Below are positions 6,182-15,122 of a DNA stretch of 21,912 nt, piece after piece (position 1 is the first letter of the stretch; every line of letters begins with the position of its first letter). Where the stretch lies: positions 1 through 21,912 of the forward strand of contig JBGFRZ010000023.1 of NCBI GenBank assembly GCA_041694835.1. The letters run 5' to 3'. The position numbers and the translations under genes are program-made. The notes under the pieces are model-generated. The model was not told the origin of the DNA, searched no databases, and saw nothing but the letters and a program-made list of their open reading frames with translations. The stretch is from Ignavibacteria bacterium. GTDB taxonomy: Bacteria; Elusimicrobiota; Endomicrobiia; PHAN01.

Positions 6182-7199
6182 AGAGTCCCATCTTTCCCGC
6201 CGCAAGCGACTTGATTTTTCCCAAAGAGAGTGCTTCAATTACCGCCTTTTCAACCGCTTTGCCGGCTTTTTCTTCGCCAATAAATTCAAGGAGCATTCCG
6301 CCCGCACAGATTGCAGCCATTGGATTGATGACATTTTTTCCCGTATATTTCGGAGCAGAGCCGCCGATTGGCTCGAACATTGAAGTGCCTTCGGGATTTA
6401 AGTTTCCTCCTGCCGCGACGCCCATTCCGCCCTGAATCATCGCACCTAAATCTGTGATGATGTCGCCGAACATGTTATCGGTGACTATTACATCAAACCA
6501 TTCCGGATTTTTAACAAACCACATCGTGATTGCATCCACATGTGCATAATCAGTTTTTATTTCGGGGTATTCTTTTGCAACCTCGTAAAAAGTTCTTTCC
6601 CATAGGTCAAAAGCATAGGTCAGCACATTCGTCTTTCCGCAGAGGGTTAGTTGTTTTCTGTTGTTTCTTTTTTTTGTGTAATCAAACGCAAATCGAAGGC
6701 ATCTTTCGACGCCTTTTTTTGTATTTACGGATGTTTGAATGGCGACTTCATCCTTCGTTCCTTTCTTCAGAAATCCGCCGGCACCAGCATAAAGCCCCTC
6801 GGTATTCTCGCGGACAACCACGAAATCTATATCTTTTGGCTCTTTGTTTTTCAAAGGGCAGTCGACATTGGGAAAAAGTTTTACAGGCCTCAAATTTATG
6901 TATTGGTCTAACTCAAATCTTAGTCGCAAAAGTAGTCCCTTTTCAAGTATGCCGGGTTTTACTTCGGGATGTCCTATCGCTCCCAAAAAAATCGCCTTGA
7001 ATTTTTTAAGTTCCTCAAGCACGCTCTCGGGCAGTATCTCACCTGTTTTTTTATATCTTTCTCCGCCGAGGTCGTAGTTGACATACTCAAGTTTAAAGTT
7101 GAATTTTTGAGCTGCGGCGTCCAGGACCTTCTTTCCTTCGTTTACTACTTCCGGACCTGTTCCATCGCCGCCGATAACCGCTATCTTATATGTTGTCAT
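6141..7199 (-). CDS. leuB: 3-isopropylmalate dehydrogenase
   Basis: [46 protein letters not shown]; leu cluster context. Confidence 0.93.
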   Translation of the reverse strand: MTTYKIAVIGGDGTGPEVVNEGKKVLDAAAQKFNFKLEYVNYDLGGERYKKTGEILPESVLEELKKFKAIFLGAIGHPEVKPGILEKGLLLRLRFELDQYINLRPVKLFPNVDCPLKNKEPKDIDFVVVRENTEGLYAGAGGFLKKGTKDEVAIQTSVNTKKGVERCLRFAFDYTKKRNNRKQLTLCGKTNVLTYAFDLWERTFYEVAKEYPEIKTDYAHVDAITMWFVKNPEWFDVIVTDNMFGDIITDLGAMIQGGMGVAAGGNLNPEGTSMFEPIGGSAPKYTGKNVINPMAAICAGGMLLEFIGEEKAGKAVEKAVIEALSLGKIKSLAAGKMGLSTTEVGDLIASMV

Positions 7200-7225
7200 A
7201 ATCTTTCTCCTTTCGTCGCACCAGA

Positions 7226-7552
7226 TTAAACATACATTTTTTTTGCTTTTTCGACGAAGGCCTTTATTTTTTGGGTTGTTTCAGGCGAGTCGCTTGTGAA
7301 TTTTATGCCATAAAACCTACGTCTCACCCGCTCCTCCACTCTGATTATTTCTATCGGCAACGTTATGATTTCGCCTTCAAGCATGAATCTTACAGAGGCT
7401 TTCTGACCGCCAACGAAAGGTGTGTGCGACTCAAGTCCGGCGCCGCCTTCCGAGATATCGAATATCTCGCCTATGCCCAGGATAGAATCTTCCTCCCTCA
7501 ATTCAGTGAAAATCTGGCATTCAATTCTTGGATACTTTCTTTTTTCTAACAT
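7226..7552 (-). CDS. Single-domain PilZ protein (c-di-GMP receptor)
   Basis: RKYPR (RxxxR) and DISEGG (D/NxSxxG) motifs, YGIKF near the C-terminus; the start overlaps the end of leuD by 32 nt. Confidence 0.88.
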   Translation of the reverse strand: MLEKRKYPRIECQIFTELREEDSILGIGEIFDISEGGAGLESHTPFVGGQKASVRFMLEGEIITLPIEIIRVEERVRRRFYGIKFTSDSPETTQKIKAFVEKAKKMYV

Positions 7553-8018
7553 AGTTTATAAGTCCCCCTGCATCAATTATTTTCTCGATAAACTTTGGTA
7601 TTGGGTCAATCGAGAATTTTTTGTTTCCGGTTTTGTTTCTTAAAATTCCATTATCAGCGTCTATTTCGACAATATCGCCTGTTTTTATCTCGGACGTATT
7701 CTTGAGGATAAAAACCGGCAAACCGGTATTTATAGCGTTTCTAAAAAAGATTCTCGCATACGACTCGGCAATAATCGCGGAAATTCCCGATGCTTTTATC
7801 GATACTACCGCATGTTCGCGGGAAGAGCCGCAGCCGAAATTTTTCCCTACGACGAGAATATCACCTTTTTTCACTTTTTTGACGAAGTCCTTGTCGAGAT
7901 CCTCAAGGCAGTGGCGCGCCAATTTTGCCGGATCTGTTGTGTTGAGATATCTTGCCGGGATTATTTCGTCGGTGTTTATGTTATTGCCGTATTTGTGAAC
8001 TCTTCCTTTGATGAGCAT
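7521..8018 (-). CDS. leuD: 3-isopropylmalate dehydratase small subunit
   Basis: NINTDEIIPARYL, NFGCGSSREHA, SYARIFFRNAINTGLP, AGGLINY. Confidence 0.95.
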   Translation of the reverse strand: MLIKGRVHKYGNNINTDEIIPARYLNTTDPAKLARHCLEDLDKDFVKKVKKGDILVVGKNFGCGSSREHAVVSIKASGISAIIAESYARIFFRNAINTGLPVFILKNTSEIKTGDIVEIDADNGILRNKTGNKKFSIDPIPKFIEKIIDAGGLINYVRKKKVSKN

Positions 8019-8069
8019 TGTTGTTTCCTTCGTAGATAAGGATTCACGGCGTTGAAACGTCTTTATTCT

Positions 8070-8091
8070 CCCCGATAAATCGGGGGGCTAC
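8070..8091 (-). repeat. REP-like palindrome, GTAG-CC-CCCCGATTTATCGGGG
   Basis: 16-nt palindrome preceded by GTAG, whose TAG is the leuC stop codon; sibling at 13735-13756. Confidence 0.65.
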
Positions 8092-9344
8092 ATTTCTTCC
8101 GGATGCACTATGTATCCCTTTATCGCACAAGCCGCGGCGACATAGGGAGAGACAAGATAAACTTCGCTCCTGGGGTGACCCATACGTCCTACGAAATTTC
8201 TGTTTGTGGTGGCAACGCATCTTTCTCCCTCGGCAAGTATGCCCATGTGCCCTCCCAGACAAGGTCCACAAGTTGGAGGAGAGATTATCGCATTGGCATC
8301 CATAAAAATTTTAAGCAATCCTTCTTTTAGTGCAGCGGCATAAATTTTTGGTGTTGCAGGCATTATGAGCAATCGGACATTCGGATTTGTCTTTCTATTT
8401 TTTAAAACTGATGCCGCTTGCCTTAAATCCTCAATTCTTCCGTTGGTGCATGAACCAATGACAACCTGGTCGATAAAAATTTTCTTAATTTTTGAAACTG
8501 GCACCGTGTTTGAGGGAAGATGTGGAAGTGAGACGGTCGGCTCGATTTTTGAAACATCGATATCAAGAATTCTTTCATAATCAGCGTCGGGGTCAGAGAA
8601 ATAAATATCCGGTTTTTTCCACAGATTTTTTCCGTAAGCAAGAGTGGTCTTGTCCACATGGAATATTCCATTTTCTCCGCCCGCTTCAATAGCCATATTT
8701 GCGACGGTAAATCTGTCTGCCATCGTCAGTTCGCCAACAGCATCTCCGCCGAACTCCATCGCTCTGTAATTTGCGCCTTCAACTCCTATCAGACCGATTA
8801 TGTGAAGAATTAAATCCTTGCCCGTGACCCATTTGGAGAATTTTCCATTGCATCTAAAAAGTATCGTCGGAGGAACTTTTAACCAGACGAGACCGGTTGC
8901 AAATATCGCGGCCAGGTCCGTCGAGCCCATCCCCGTTGAAAAAGCGCCGAGAGCTCCGTATGTGCAAGTGTGAGAATCGGCGCCGATGACGATGTATCCC
9001 GGCCTGACCACTCCCAACTCGGGAAGCAATGCGTGTTCCACACCGCAGTTTCCTCCTTCGTAATAATGTTTAATTTTATATTTTTTTGCAAATTCTCTTA
9101 CCTTTTTAACCTGTCCCGCTGCGTCGATGTCTTTATTTGGTGTAAAATGGTCCATGACGAGAGCGATTTTGTTTTGAGCAAAAACCTTTTTTGCGCCGAC
9201 TTTTTCAAACTTCTCGATTGCAAGAGGAGCCGTCACATCGTTGGCCAAAGCGATATCGACTTTTGCCTCGACGAATTCGCCCACCCGTAATTCTTTTTTG
9301 CCCACATGTCGGGCTATGATTTTTTGAGTTATTGTCTGTTTCAT
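8088..9344 (-). CDS. leuC: 3-isopropylmalate dehydratase large subunit (short, homoaconitase-like type)
   Basis: DHFTP, GADSHTCTYGA, IGSCTNGR, CGPCLGGH, TTNRNFVGRMG. Confidence 0.95.
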   Translation of the reverse strand: MKQTITQKIIARHVGKKELRVGEFVEAKVDIALANDVTAPLAIEKFEKVGAKKVFAQNKIALVMDHFTPNKDIDAAGQVKKVREFAKKYKIKHYYEGGNCGVEHALLPELGVVRPGYIVIGADSHTCTYGALGAFSTGMGSTDLAAIFATGLVWLKVPPTILFRCNGKFSKWVTGKDLILHIIGLIGVEGANYRAMEFGGDAVGELTMADRFTVANMAIEAGGENGIFHVDKTTLAYGKNLWKKPDIYFSDPDADYERILDIDVSKIEPTVSLPHLPSNTVPVSKIKKIFIDQVVIGSCTNGRIEDLRQAASVLKNRKTNPNVRLLIMPATPKIYAAALKEGLLKIFMDANAIISPPTCGPCLGGHMGILAEGERCVATTNRNFVGRMGHPRSEVYLVSPYVAAACAIKGYIVHPEEM

Positions 9345-9351
9345 AAATTCA

Positions 9352-9524
9352 GGGACGAGGGACCAGAGATGAGAGGTGAGAGAATAAAATGCCGTAAAGC
9401 GGAAAGCGGGAAGCGGGAAGCGGGAAGAGTTAAAAGCCGTTCACCCTTCACGCTTTACGCTTTGCGTTCTTCTCTTCCCGCTTTCAGTATATTTCTCTTC
9501 TCTCTCCTCTGTTCTCTGTCCTCT
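9352..9524. repeat. Nested 7-mer arrays forming a long imperfect foldback between leuA and leuC
   Basis: GRGRNNA x5 (9352-9386), NRAAGCG x5 (9395-9429), TTYACGC-like x4 (9440-9467), TCTSTYC x4 (9494-9521). AAGCGGGAAGAG (9418-9429) is the exact complement of 9472-9483. Confidence 0.8.
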
Positions 9525-9526
9525 TA

Positions 9527-11059
9527 CTATAATGTCTCTTTCACTTTCAATTTTTTATACGTCAGTATTTTGTTGATTGCATTCAGATACGACTTTGCGC
9601 TTGCTTCGATTACATCCGTCGAACTTCCTCTGCCCGAATAGGTTATGCCCTTATGTTTCAATTTGACGAGCACCTCCCCGAGGGCGTCTTTTCCAGACGA
9701 TATGGATTTTATGGAATAATCTTCAAGCGTAGTCTTTATCTTCGTTATTTTATCTATCGCCTGAAACGTCGCATCAACTGGTCCGTCCCCTGTCGCCGTT
9801 TCTTTTATCGTTTCATTTGTAGTTTTTAAAGCGACAGAGGCTCTGGGCACTTGTTTGGTACCCGAAGTTATGCTGATGTATTCAAGCATATAAATCTCGT
9901 TTATCTCGGAGAATTTTTCGTCCATTAGCGCTAATAGGTCGTCGTCGAATATAACTTTCTTTTTATCCGTGAGTTCTTTGAATTTTTTATATATGCTCTC
10001 TATCTCTGTGTCCGAAGGAAAATATCCCAGAGTCTGAAGTCTTTTTTTAAGAGCGTGCCTTCCGGAGTGTTTTCCCAGAACCAGAGAACTCGAAGGAATC
10101 CCGACATCTTCTGGCCTCATTATCTCGTAAGTCCTTCTCTCTTTTAAAACCCCGTCCTGATGTATGCCCGCTTCGTGGGCGAAAGCGTTCGCTCCGACGA
10201 TGGCTTTGTTGGGTTGAGGATGTATCCCGGTCAGCGTCGCAACCAGCCTGCTTGTCTTATACAATTTTCTCGTATCGATGTTTGTAGTGACGTTGTATAT
10301 TTTCGGTCTTGTTTTTATGGCCATGACGATTTCTTCAAGCGCCGCGTTGCCCGCTCTCTCACCTATCCCATTTATCGTACATTCCACCTGCTTTGCTCCG
10401 TTCAAAACCGCCTCGAGTGAATTTGCTACGGCAAGTCCGAGGTCGTTGTGACAGTGGACGCTAAATACCGCTTTTTGCGAATTTTTCACGCTTGATTTAA
10501 TATTTTTTATGAGCGCGCCGTATTCGGCAGGCGTCGAGTATCCGACGGTATCGGGTATGTTTATGGTCGAGGCGCCTTCATCTATTACGGCTTCAATTAT
10601 TTTAACAAGGAATCCGATATCGCTTCTTGCGGCATCCTCACAAGAAAACTCCACGTCGTCGACGAGGGATCTGGCAAATCGCACGAACTTGCACGCTATT
10701 TCCAGCACCTCGTCCCTTGTTTTTTTCAGTTTTTTTTCTATGTGTATGTCGGATGTGGCGATGAAAGTGTGTATTCGCGGTTTTTGAGAGTATTTTACCG
10801 CATCATAGCACATCTGAATGTCCTTTGAATTCGCTCGGGAAAGTCCGCAAACAATAGGTCCCCTGATTTCTTTTGCAACACGCTTTACCGATTCAAAATC
10901 GTCGGAACTTGTTATCGGAAAGCCGGCTTCAATAACATCTACTCCAAGTTCCGAGAGCTGGTGTGCGACTTGGAGTTTTTCCTTCAGGTTTAAGCTCGCT
11001 CCAGGCGACTGCTCCCCATCTCTTAAAGTTGTGTCGAAAATTATTATTTTTTCCTTCAC
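9527..11059 (-). CDS. leuA: 2-isopropylmalate synthase
   Basis: [51 protein letters not shown] and a regulatory domain with GDGPVDA. GTG start overlaps the pssA stop. Confidence 0.96.
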   Translation of the reverse strand: MKEKIIIFDTTLRDGEQSPGASLNLKEKLQVAHQLSELGVDVIEAGFPITSSDDFESVKRVAKEIRGPIVCGLSRANSKDIQMCYDAVKYSQKPRIHTFIATSDIHIEKKLKKTRDEVLEIACKFVRFARSLVDDVEFSCEDAARSDIGFLVKIIEAVIDEGASTINIPDTVGYSTPAEYGALIKNIKSSVKNSQKAVFSVHCHNDLGLAVANSLEAVLNGAKQVECTINGIGERAGNAALEEIVMAIKTRPKIYNVTTNIDTRKLYKTSRLVATLTGIHPQPNKAIVGANAFAHEAGIHQDGVLKERRTYEIMRPEDVGIPSSSLVLGKHSGRHALKKRLQTLGYFPSDTEIESIYKKFKELTDKKKVIFDDDLLALMDEKFSEINEIYMLEYISITSGTKQVPRASVALKTTNETIKETATGDGPVDATFQAIDKITKIKTTLEDYSIKSISSGKDALGEVLVKLKHKGITYSGRGSSTDVIEASAKSYLNAINKILTYKKLKVKETL

Positions 11060-11844
11060 AAGTTTTTATCTCCACCGTATTTGCGCGCGTAATGTTTAAG
11101 TCTTATCATGCGGACAATATATCCGATGATGCCAATCAGAAAATAAATCAGGAAAATCAGAAAAATCGTATTTTGAGGATACGATACTATGAGAAGTATT
11201 GCAACTACGACGAGAGCGAGTATTTGCACCGACTGAGCTCTTTCGAACTTAAATTTTTTAAAACCGGGGTAGTATATCTTTGAAAGCATCATCAAAGAGA
11301 CAAGAATCATCGTAATCGGTATTGTCTTAAAGAAAAAAGGCATCCTTTTTTCAACCAACGGGATTATTTTTACTGTGATTTCATGCCCTGCTTCAAAAAG
11401 TTCATAACTTAAAACGAAGGATGCAAGTATGCCCGCCGCCGCAGGGGATGGTAGCCCCTCAAAGTGGAGCGCCGGGCGAGAAAATTCTTCAGATGCGGAG
11501 ACATTGAATCTGGCGAGTCTTATGGCAGTGGCTATTACGTAAAAAAGAGCTATCGCTATTCCGGGCGTATTTAACCTTGCCAATGCTATTTTATACATCA
11601 TAAAACTCGGCGCCACTCCGAAGGAAATGATGTCGGCGATGGAATCTATCTGAATACCAAAAAGGCTTTGGGTGTTAGTCCATCGAGCTACCTTTCCGTC
11701 AATCATGTCTATGACTATACAGACAATTATCATCCATGCCGCTCTCGAATAAAGATCGGTGGATGAAGATATTATGGAAAGCATTCCAAAAGAAACGTTG
11801 CCCAGGGTAAGAAGTGTCGGTAAAAGATATATGCCTTTTTTCAT
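11056..11844 (-). CDS. pssA: CDP-diacylglycerol--serine O-phosphatidyltransferase
   Basis: DMIDGKVAR...[21 protein letters not shown]-alcohol phosphotransferase motif, RLARFN, FEGLPSP; adjacent to psd. Confidence 0.92.
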   Translation of the reverse strand: MKKGIYLLPTLLTLGNVSFGMLSIISSSTDLYSRAAWMIIVCIVIDMIDGKVARWTNTQSLFGIQIDSIADIISFGVAPSFMMYKIALARLNTPGIAIALFYVIATAIRLARFNVSASEEFSRPALHFEGLPSPAAAGILASFVLSYELFEAGHEITVKIIPLVEKRMPFFFKTIPITMILVSLMMLSKIYYPGFKKFKFERAQSVQILALVVVAILLIVSYPQNTIFLIFLIYFLIGIIGYIVRMIRLKHYARKYGGDKNL

Positions 11845-11853
11845 GGAGGATTC

Positions 11854-12477
11854 CTATTGTTTTTTCGCCAAAATGGTCAGTCCGCCAAAGACTTTATCTT
11901 TAGGTTTAACCAAGACATTATAATTTTTCGGCATAGATATATCGACCTGTGAGCCGAATTTAATGAGCCCTATTTTATCGCCTTGATTGACGGGCTGATT
12001 TTCGTTTACCCGCAGAGTTAATCGTCTGGCAATTATGCCGACAATTTGGTGAACCTTAAAAATTTCGTTGTCGACTGTCTTGATATGTATAATGTTTTGT
12101 TCGTTCAATGTATGCGCTTTTGGATGATTTGCCGCATAAAACTTACCCTTTTTTCTCTCAATCTTAAAGATAGTTCCCGCCACTGGCGAACGTTGGAGAT
12201 GGACATTGAAGATGGAAAGAAATATTTTCACTTTCTTTTCGTTGGAATTATCGACGATTTCAAACACCGTGCCGTCGGCGGGCGAAAGAACATTCGACGG
12301 ATTTACTGAAATAACACGCTCTGGATCACGGAAGAAAAACACTAAAAACACCGCTTTGATAAGTCCCGTTACAGCAAGCACGCAAAAAATCCAGTGCCGT
12401 CCTGACAAACTCAAAAAAACAGCGCTTAGTATCAATGTTGGCGCTATAAAAAAATAACCGTCTTTAACAATTTTCAT
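11854..12477 (-). CDS. psd: Phosphatidylserine decarboxylase proenzyme
   Basis: FFFRDPER, SPADG, IFLSIFNVH..RSP, KFGSQVD self-cleavage site. Confidence 0.93.
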   Translation of the reverse strand: MKIVKDGYFFIAPTLILSAVFLSLSGRHWIFCVLAVTGLIKAVFLVFFFRDPERVISVNPSNVLSPADGTVFEIVDNSNEKKVKIFLSIFNVHLQRSPVAGTIFKIERKKGKFYAANHPKAHTLNEQNIIHIKTVDNEIFKVHQIVGIIARRLTLRVNENQPVNQGDKIGLIKFGSQVDISMPKNYNVLVKPKDKVFGGLTILAKKQ

Positions 12478-12485
12478 TGTTAATT

Positions 12486-12607
12486 TAGAGCATAGAGGAT
12501 AGAGCGTAGAGCACAGCGGATAGAGAAAGGCAATTGAATAAAAATTTTCTTTTCCCTAATCTCTATTCTCTCTCCTCTGTTCTCTGATCTCTGTCCTCTG
12601 TTCTCTG
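12486..12607. repeat. Opposed purine-rich and pyrimidine-rich 7-mer arrays; the second overlaps the ilvC 3' end
   Basis: tagagca tagagga tagagcg tagagca cagcgga tagagaa (12486-12527) and ctaatct ctattct ctctcct ctgttct ctgatct ctgtcct ctgttct (12556-12604). Confidence 0.85.
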
Positions 12608-13609
12608 CTTTTTAAGCCATTGCATCATTGAGCGAAGTTCTTTTCCAACTTTTTCTATTTTATGTTCAGCGAGTTCTTTGCGTTTTGCGTTAAACACCGG
12701 CCTATTGACCTGATTTTCAACCAGCCACTCTCGAGCGAAACTGCCGTTTTTTATCTCGGCAAGAACTTTTTTCATCTCTTTTTTCGTCTCGGGAGTTATG
12801 ATTCTTGGTCCCACAGCATATTCTCCATACTCGGCTGTGTCGGAAATCGAGTAGTTCATATATCCGATGCCTTTCTCATAAATCAAATCGATTATCAGTT
12901 TCATTTCGTGAAGGCACTCGAAGTAAGCGACCTCCGGCTGGTATCCCGCTTCAATCAATGTCTCAAAACCGTTTTTGATTAGTTCTACAAGTCCACCGCA
13001 CAAGACCGCTTGTTCGCCGAATAAATCCGTCTCGGTTTCTTCTTCAAAAGTCGTTTCGATAACGCCCGCTTTCGTGCCACCGATTGCTTTTGCGTAGGCA
13101 AGTGCTGATTTTTTTGCCTTTTTTGAATGGTCCTGCCATACGGCAATCAGCATCGGCACACCTTTTTTCTCCTCATACATTCTTCTAACGAGATGGCCAG
13201 GACCTTTCGGTGCTATCATTACAACATCGCAGTCCTTCGGCGGAACTATCTGTGAAAATCTTATGTTGAAGCCGTGCGAAAAACCGACGATAGCACCTTT
13301 TTTTAAGTTTGGCAATATCTCAAAGTCCCAGACCTTTTTCTGGACCTGGTCGGGAACGAGTATTTGAATCCAGTCGGATTTTTTCGTAGCATCTGCCGCG
13401 CTCATTAGGTTTTTTCCTTCAACCCAGCCGTGTTGGAGTGCAATTTTATAGTTGTCGCTCCCCTTGACTTCGGCGACGAGCACATCCATATCCGAGTCCT
13501 TGAGGCTCAAAGCGTGTGCGTGTCCCTGAGAGCCGTATCCGAGAACGGCTATCGTTTTTCCCTTCAAATCCTGCAGATTTGCGTCTTTTTCATAATACAT
13601 TTTTGCCAT
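12563..13609 (-). CDS. ilvC: Ketol-acid reductoisomerase
   Basis: [57 protein letters not shown]. Confidence 0.97.
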   Translation of the reverse strand: MAKMYYEKDANLQDLKGKTIAVLGYGSQGHAHALSLKDSDMDVLVAEVKGSDNYKIALQHGWVEGKNLMSAADATKKSDWIQILVPDQVQKKVWDFEILPNLKKGAIVGFSHGFNIRFSQIVPPKDCDVVMIAPKGPGHLVRRMYEEKKGVPMLIAVWQDHSKKAKKSALAYAKAIGGTKAGVIETTFEEETETDLFGEQAVLCGGLVELIKNGFETLIEAGYQPEVAYFECLHEMKLIIDLIYEKGIGYMNYSISDTAEYGEYAVGPRIITPETKKEMKKVLAEIKNGSFAREWLVENQVNRPVFNAKRKELAEHKIEKVGKELRSMMQWLKKQRTEDRDQRTEERE

Positions 13610-13649
13610 AATAATGCCTCCTATGATACCTCACCGCAGAGACCACGGA

Positions 13650-13682
13650 GCACAAGAACACAAGAGCATAAGTGCACAAGTC
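13650..13682 (+). repeat. 8-mer array (GCACAAGW x4), copy 1
   Basis: gcacaaga acacaaga gcataagt gcacaagt c; 30/33 identical to 19565-19597. Confidence 0.85.
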
Positions 13683-13734
13683 ACTATTCGCTGTTCCATG
13701 CCTACCGTCTACCTTTTACCCCTTTACATTTCTA

Positions 13735-13756
13735 CCCGAATAAATTCGGGGGCTAT
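13735..13756 (-). repeat. REP-like palindrome, ATAG-CC-CCCGAATTTATTCGGG
   Basis: Same length and architecture as 8070-8091, with symmetric changes in both arms. Confidence 0.65.
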
Positions 13757-13972
13757 ATTTTTGTACGAATCTTTATTCGCTGCGCACGCCCTGCTAATCT
13801 CCTCATCGCTTCGCCACCAACTTATCTTAAAAGACGTTTTGTGAGTTTATTTGGAAAAGTATATAAAAAAACCAGAAAAAAGTCAAAAATTTAAAATTTT
13901 ACCCTAAAATTTGATAGAATACGCAATACATATAAAGGTTCATATTAAATTTTCAAATTAACTACAAAATCT

Positions 13973-14674
13973 GTGGTCGAAAAATTCTTCACATATCGCT
14001 ACATATTCAGATTCAAAGACGACTCCAAAAAGGAGTTCACGGTTCATTTGAATCCCAAAACGCTCGCTCTTGTGGCTGAAAAAAATGAGGGTCGTCCCGA
14101 ATGGTCAAAACTTAAATTTCATAAATGCCCGATATGTCCTTTGGATGAAGCAAGAGAGAAATTTTGTCCTGTGGCCGTCAATATAACGGAACTCGTTGAA
14201 TTTTTCAAGGACTCTATTTCTTATGAAGAGGCGGAAGTCAATGTTGTTTCCGAGTCAAGAAATTATTCTAAAAGAGTCAAACTTCAAGAGGCTATAAGTT
14301 CGCTTCTTGGAATTTATATGGTCACAAGCGGCTGCCCTGTAATGGACAAATTGAGACCGATGGTTTATGTACACTTACCTTTCGCGAAGAGCATTGAGAC
14401 GGTCTATAGGGTTCTTGGGATGTATCTGATAGCACAGTATTTTTTGCATAAGGACGGTAAGACGGCCGACTGGGAATTAAGAAATCTTCAGGAAATTTAC
14501 AGAGATGTCAGAGCGGTAAATAAAAGTTTTTGTAGCAGAATATCAAACGCAATAAGCAAAGACGCTGGCATAAACGCTCTTGTGATTCTTGATTGTTTTG
14601 CCATCGCAACTGCAATGACTATCAATACAAACAGGATAAACTCGCTTAAAAATTTATTTAAAGCGTATTTCTGA
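13973..14674 (+). CDS. Hypothetical protein with a possible metal-binding Cys cluster
   Basis: 233-aa ORF (GTG start) filling the space before the EamA gene; KCPICP...CP and SGCP motifs, HLPFA. Family not assigned with certainty. Confidence 0.75.
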   Translation: MVEKFFTYRYIFRFKDDSKKEFTVHLNPKTLALVAEKNEGRPEWSKLKFHKCPICPLDEAREKFCPVAVNITELVEFFKDSISYEEAEVNVVSESRNYSKRVKLQEAISSLLGIYMVTSGCPVMDKLRPMVYVHLPFAKSIETVYRVLGMYLIAQYFLHKDGKTADWELRNLQEIYRDVRAVNKSFCSRISNAISKDAGINALVILDCFAIATAMTINTNRINSLKNLFKAYF

Positions 14675-14703
14675 TCGGATTTTATTTTTATCGGAGGATA
14701 GTT

Positions 14704-15120
14704 ATGATGGTTTTCTGGCTTTTGTTGTTGACCGTTGTTGTGTGGGGAATTGCGCCTATTGTCGATAAACTCGCTGTTCAAGGGACATCGCTTTTTTTGG
14801 GCAATATTTTTAGGTCGTTTACGATTGCTGTGGTTATGATTTGTGTTACTTTATTTACGGGCGAAATAAAAGAATTTTTCAAAATGCCTTTCAAGAACGT
14901 TGCTTATTACATTGTCAGCGGCCTGCTTGCAGGGGGCATAGGCGTAGTGGCGTATTACAGAATGCTACAACTCGCTCCGACATCGAAAGTTGTTCCCCTT
15001 GCCGCATCGTATCCTCTGGTCACTGCCATACTTAGCATTATTTTTCTCGGCGAGCAGATAACCCCCGCAAGATTCATCGGCACCATACTTATCATTTCCG
15101 GGATTTACCTTGTAAAATAA
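14704..15120 (+). CDS. Single-domain EamA/DMT-family membrane transporter
   Basis: Five hydrophobic segments, WGIAPIVDKLA, SKVVPL...YPLVTAILSIIFLGE motif; RBS GGAGG upstream. Confidence 0.88.
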   Translation: MMVFWLLLLTVVVWGIAPIVDKLAVQGTSLFLGNIFRSFTIAVVMICVTLFTGEIKEFFKMPFKNVAYYIVSGLLAGGIGVVAYYRMLQLAPTSKVVPLAASYPLVTAILSIIFLGEQITPARFIGTILIISGIYLVK

Positions 15121-15122
15121 TA

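Noticed and set aside
9306-9641. ORFs over repeat spacers (9306-9641, 13430-13894, 13614-13844, 17067-17264, 17834-18088, 19410-19592)
   Set aside because: Low-complexity translations of tandem arrays, or antisense to real genes.
11056-13609. psd-pssA inside the ilvC-leuA cluster as a novel arrangement
   Set aside because: The ilvC-psd-pssA-leuA order is familiar from other Gram-negative bacteria.
13610-13900. Leader-peptide attenuator or T-box upstream of ilvC
   Set aside because: The only short minus-strand ORF noticed (MRRLAGRAQRIKIRTKI*) has no run of Leu/Ile/Val codons. No UGGNACC T-box motif or hairpin plus U-tract was found.
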